From the human T2T-CHM13v2.0 reference genome, Homo sapiens: a DNA stretch of 64,000 nucleotides. The notes under the pieces were generated by a model, which saw only the letters and a list, made by a program, of their open reading frames with translations, made no database searches and was not told the DNA's origin. Position numbers and translations under genes: made by a program. The stretch is taken from the NCBI RefSeq assembly GCF_009914755.1, contig NC_060938.1; one strand, given 5' to 3'. Positions 62,549-64,000 of this stretch are shown here, piece by piece. How positions within the stretch are numbered: position 1 is the first letter of the stretch; every line of letters starts with the position of its first letter.

Positions 62549-63384
62549 TGCAGGTGAGGTGCTTCGGCTCTGACGGGCGCTGGGCTGCTCACCCAGTTTT
62601 ACATGGGAAGTGGTAGGGCCCTGTCTCCCCTGGCCCCTGCCCATGCCCCGGGAGAAATGGGTATGTTTGGGTGGTACCTTCCTGCATGGGCAGAGGCAGG
62701 TGATTGTATCGCCAGCCCTGGAGCTCAGCGTGCACAGCTTGGGCTTCCATTTGGAGGAACCTGATCCTTGGACTTGAACACTCTGCTCTTTGTGTTTTGC
62801 ACAACAGGAGAGTCCTGCTCCTCGCTTAGCTCAGCACAGCGAGTCCCCTGGCTTCAGCTTCCCTCCTGAGCACCTGACGGTTGTCGGTTTACTGTGACTC
62901 ACTGCCATTCTATCTGCCTGGGCTTATGTTTCCAGCATCTCACCAGAGCTGTTGTGACCCATCTCCTGGGCAAAGCCTTCCACGGAGAGGCTGCCGGGCC
63001 AGCAGGAGAGGAGACCCAATCCATCCATCAGCATTTGAATAATTCCATCCACACATACTTCTCTTCCAAACACCCGGGCTATTTTCCTTTCCCTGAGCCA
63101 TGCAAGCCCAAGGAGCCAGCAGGGTTGCGTGCTCTCAGGAGTAGGACACGTCACATCAACTTGAGTGCTCCAGGAGCCCTGCCACAATGGTTTCTTTGTG
63201 AGATCATCTTTGCAGCGGTTTCCTGAAGCTCTGGCCTCCTTCCTGGTATCTTCACACATTCTAGGTGTTTCAATTCAGTAAAAACATAAGGGCCTTTTGA
63301 CTGCTCACTCCTGCACTTCACACTGGGAAGGACACAGAAGTCCCCAGAGAGTGCCCTGGACGACAAAATGTAGTTCAGAGGTAT

Positions 63385-63665
63385 CTAAGGTGGGTTCCAC
63401 CCAAAAGGGTCCCACAAAGAAAGAATTCCAGGGCCAATTAAATTTGGGGATCTGCATAGTCCATCTCTCTCTTGGTGATTCAAAACATATATTTATATAT
63501 ATTAAAGGTTCTGAGAAGTCCTGTAAGTAAATCCTGTTCCACTTTTTAACCCACCATCTCCCAAACCCAGCATGATACTGATATCAGCATGCTACTCTTT
63601 TCATATAACACCTACTTATATATGAAGGAACTAATTGAGGTCTTTTGAGATATATTTTAGGAAAT
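63385..63665. mobile_element. hAT-Charlie remnant (Charlie4-like)
   Basis: ATTAAAGGTTCTGAGAAGTCCTG..TTTAACCC..CCCAAAC. Confidence 0.55.
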
Positions 63666-63672
63666 GATCTAA

Positions 63673-63923
63673 CAGTGGTTTTTAACCTAAGGAAACACCT
63701 CACTAGAGAGTGCTTGGGCACAGGAGGTGGCATTTTGGGTTGTCACAAAGATGGGGAGGTGCTACTTGCATTTCATACATAGGGGTTGTGGGGGCAGGGG
63801 CAGCTAGTGCTGTTACAGTGATGATGCAATGCGGCCCCGTCCCAAGTGGGGTGGGGGGCACTGTCCTGCCCTAAATGCCCACAACTCTCCCCACGCCGCT
63901 CTCCCACCCCATTGAGAAGCAGT
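63673..63923 (+). mobile_element. MER20-like hAT element
   Basis: CAGTGGTTTTTAACC..GGTTGTCACAA..GGGGAGGTGCTACT..TTGAGAAGCAGTG. Confidence 0.7.
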
Positions 63924-64000
63924 GGTTGGACCTACGCTCAGCATTGTGCTCCCAGGCCCTCTCTGCGGGTTCAAACGCCTCTTGATGTCCTCTTGGTCTC

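Noticed and set aside
61300-63200. CpG island or promoter
   Set aside because: GC and CpG are raised, but CpG density looks below island level outside the 37-bp G-rich array.

Overview
Primate (human-like) euchromatic non-coding DNA, either intergenic or deep intronic. I cannot identify the locus or any protein-coding gene from the sequence alone. About 46 Alu elements or fragments are present, along with old L1 (L1MB/L1ME/L1PB), L2 and MIR fragments, ERVL/MaLR solo LTRs (THE1, MLT1, MLT2, LTR16, LTR33-like), hAT DNA transposon remnants and microsatellites. The ORF-track ORFs I can interpret are repeat-derived; the rest resemble no protein I recognise. I found no convincing new biological system. 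The notable signals are of four kinds. (i) Atypical retrotransposition footprints: a 101-bp duplication around an AluSp, a three-armed Alu inside one TSD, a 74-bp triplication across an Alu junction, an orphan poly(A)-tailed 28-mer, an Alu snippet inside an LTR, and THE1 LTRs nested in Alus. (ii) A diverged ~130-bp repeat pair that I cannot assign to a known family. (iii) Several compact transcription-factor motif clusters and CpG-retaining patches, suggesting an enhancer landscape. (iv) A few candidate + strand micro-exons. Repeat subfamily calls are by-eye comparisons with remembered consensus sequences, and boundaries are approximate.
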